From Fimicolochytrium jonesii (lineage: Eukaryota): a stretch of 64,000 nucleotides of DNA. The notes under the pieces were generated by a model. That model saw only the letters and a list, made by a program, of their open reading frames with translations. It was not told where the DNA came from and searched no databases. Location of the stretch: the NCBI RefSeq assembly GCF_025526975.1, contig NW_026515700.1, forward strand, positions 124,001-188,000, in the 5' to 3' direction. How positions within the stretch are numbered: the first letter of the stretch is position 1; each line of letters begins with the position of its first letter. The translations under genes were made by a program, and so were the position numbers. This document shows positions 62,701 through 64,000 of this stretch, piece by piece.

Positions 62701-63440
62701 ACTGGAAGGAACTCTTGTCTTCTGCTGAGTTCTCTTACAATAACACCATCCACTCCGCCACCCAGACAACCCCCTTCTACGCCAACTATGGGTTCCATCC
62801 TCGATTCAGTCTGGCTTCCGCCACCACAACCGAATCCCTTAATCCTGCAGCCGAAGCTCGTGCCAACCATCTCAAGGAAATCCATGAACAGCTTGCCACT
62901 GAGCTCAAGGAGGCCCAAGGACGCATGAAGCGCTTTGCCGATGCTAAGAGGGCACCTGGCCCAGACATGAAACCCGGGGACAGTGTCTGGCTCTTACAAC
63001 GGAATCTCAAGACTCTCCGACCTTCCCAGAAACTTGATCACCGTAAGATTGGCCCCTTCACAATCACGGAGAAGATCAACTCGGTCACATATCGCCTCAA
63101 GCTTCCCCCATCCTACAAAATTCACAACGTCTTCCATGTCTCCCTTCTTGAACCACGTTTCACCATTCCGGAGCGAACTGAGCCAGAACCCACCCCACCA
63201 GAAGAAGTCGAAGGACAGGAGGAATGGATTGTGGAAGACATTCTTGACTCCCGTATTCGACGCACGCACCTTCAGTACCTCATCAAGTGGCAGGGTTGGC
63301 CAAGCTCGGAGAACACATGGGAGCCAGTGGAACACCTTGCCCGATGTCAAGAGCTTGTTGCCCAGTTCCACCAAAAGTACCCCGACAAACCCCGACCAAA
63401 GCCTGCCAACATCAAAACAACATCCGGACGCCGTGGCTAA
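59782..63440 (+). pseudogene. pol: pol (protease, RT, RNase H, integrase, chromodomain) with frameshifts near 60105, 61197 and 61635
   Basis: [76 protein letters not shown]. Confidence 0.93.
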
Positions 63441-64000
63441 AGGAGGGGTTGATGTTATGGGCGACGCGTCCATACCATGCGCTTACCTCATGACAGCATC
63501 CCAACAGTCAGTCAATGTCAATTCCCTGTCAAAACCTGACATCTGCCAAACCTCGCAGCCGCACGCAGCCGCGCTACCCCACACCTGCCACTGCCTTCAT
63601 TTCTCCACGCAGCCGCACGTAGCCACACCTCCCAACACTCGGCGCTTACAAACCCTTCTCCATACTTCCCCACGTACCGCCCACAGCCTCAGCGTAGCCA
63701 CCCCATCCCCAGTCTTCTGTTTCTATGCTTCCCCACCCTTGGCGCTTCTCTTGGCTTCCCTCTCATTCCGTACCCTTCTGCTTCCCCACGCTTCCCCAGC
63801 CTTCCCAGAAAAACATAAATAGCCGCCTCCCCTGAGCTCCCCACTTCCTGATCCCCCAGCAGATCAACACCAGTTCTTCCTAGTCTTGTTCTAGTTCTTG
63901 TTTCGGTCTGAATACCATTACCTGTCAACAACCTGCACCACAAGTCGCGTCTATTTCCATCGGCTCCGCCCATTCATAACATCAGGGGTGCAACGATCGC

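Larger units (their letters stand above)
58117..63981 (+). mobile_element. Full-length Ty3/gypsy chromovirus LTR retrotransposon B (LTRs 58117-58646 and 63453-63981)
   Basis: ~530-bp LTRs with about 5 differences and TG..CA ends; PBS at 58647; PPT AAAGGAGGGGTTGA at 63439-52; gag, PR, RT, RH, IN and chromodomain in order. Confidence 0.97.

Overview
Eukaryotic, intron-rich (short GT-AG introns) fungal DNA, most likely from a flagellated early-diverging fungus (chytrid). This is inferred from fungal-type genes (Nbp2-like, Mob2, Pep7, DUF3712, SPX) occurring together with the centriole gene CCDC61. Housekeeping genes: SPX-domain gene (partial), GPCR, Nbp2-like SH3, MOB2, GCN2, DUF3712, TrmN6-like methyltransferase, RecB/Cas4-nuclease plus SF1 helicase, CCDC61, WD40-inositol 5-phosphatase, eIF5A, PIG-P, KDM5, RanBD protein, PEP7 and GAD1. 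There are three accessory zones. (1) About 0.4-2.6 kb: a decayed giant-virus (NCLDV)-like insert with a viral-type TBP. (2) About 17-22.4 kb: an island with a SUKH/US22-like ORF, an internally deleted Tc1 element and the top finding, an intronless ORF fusing an H3-like fold, an H4-like fold and an ET-type GIY-YIG nuclease. (3) 57.3-64 kb: nested chromovirus LTR retrotransposons with a self-priming (Tf1-like) PBS. Three unusually long introns in unrelated genes share sequence motifs, suggesting an introner-like family. All assignments come from motif recognition by eye; no database searches were run.
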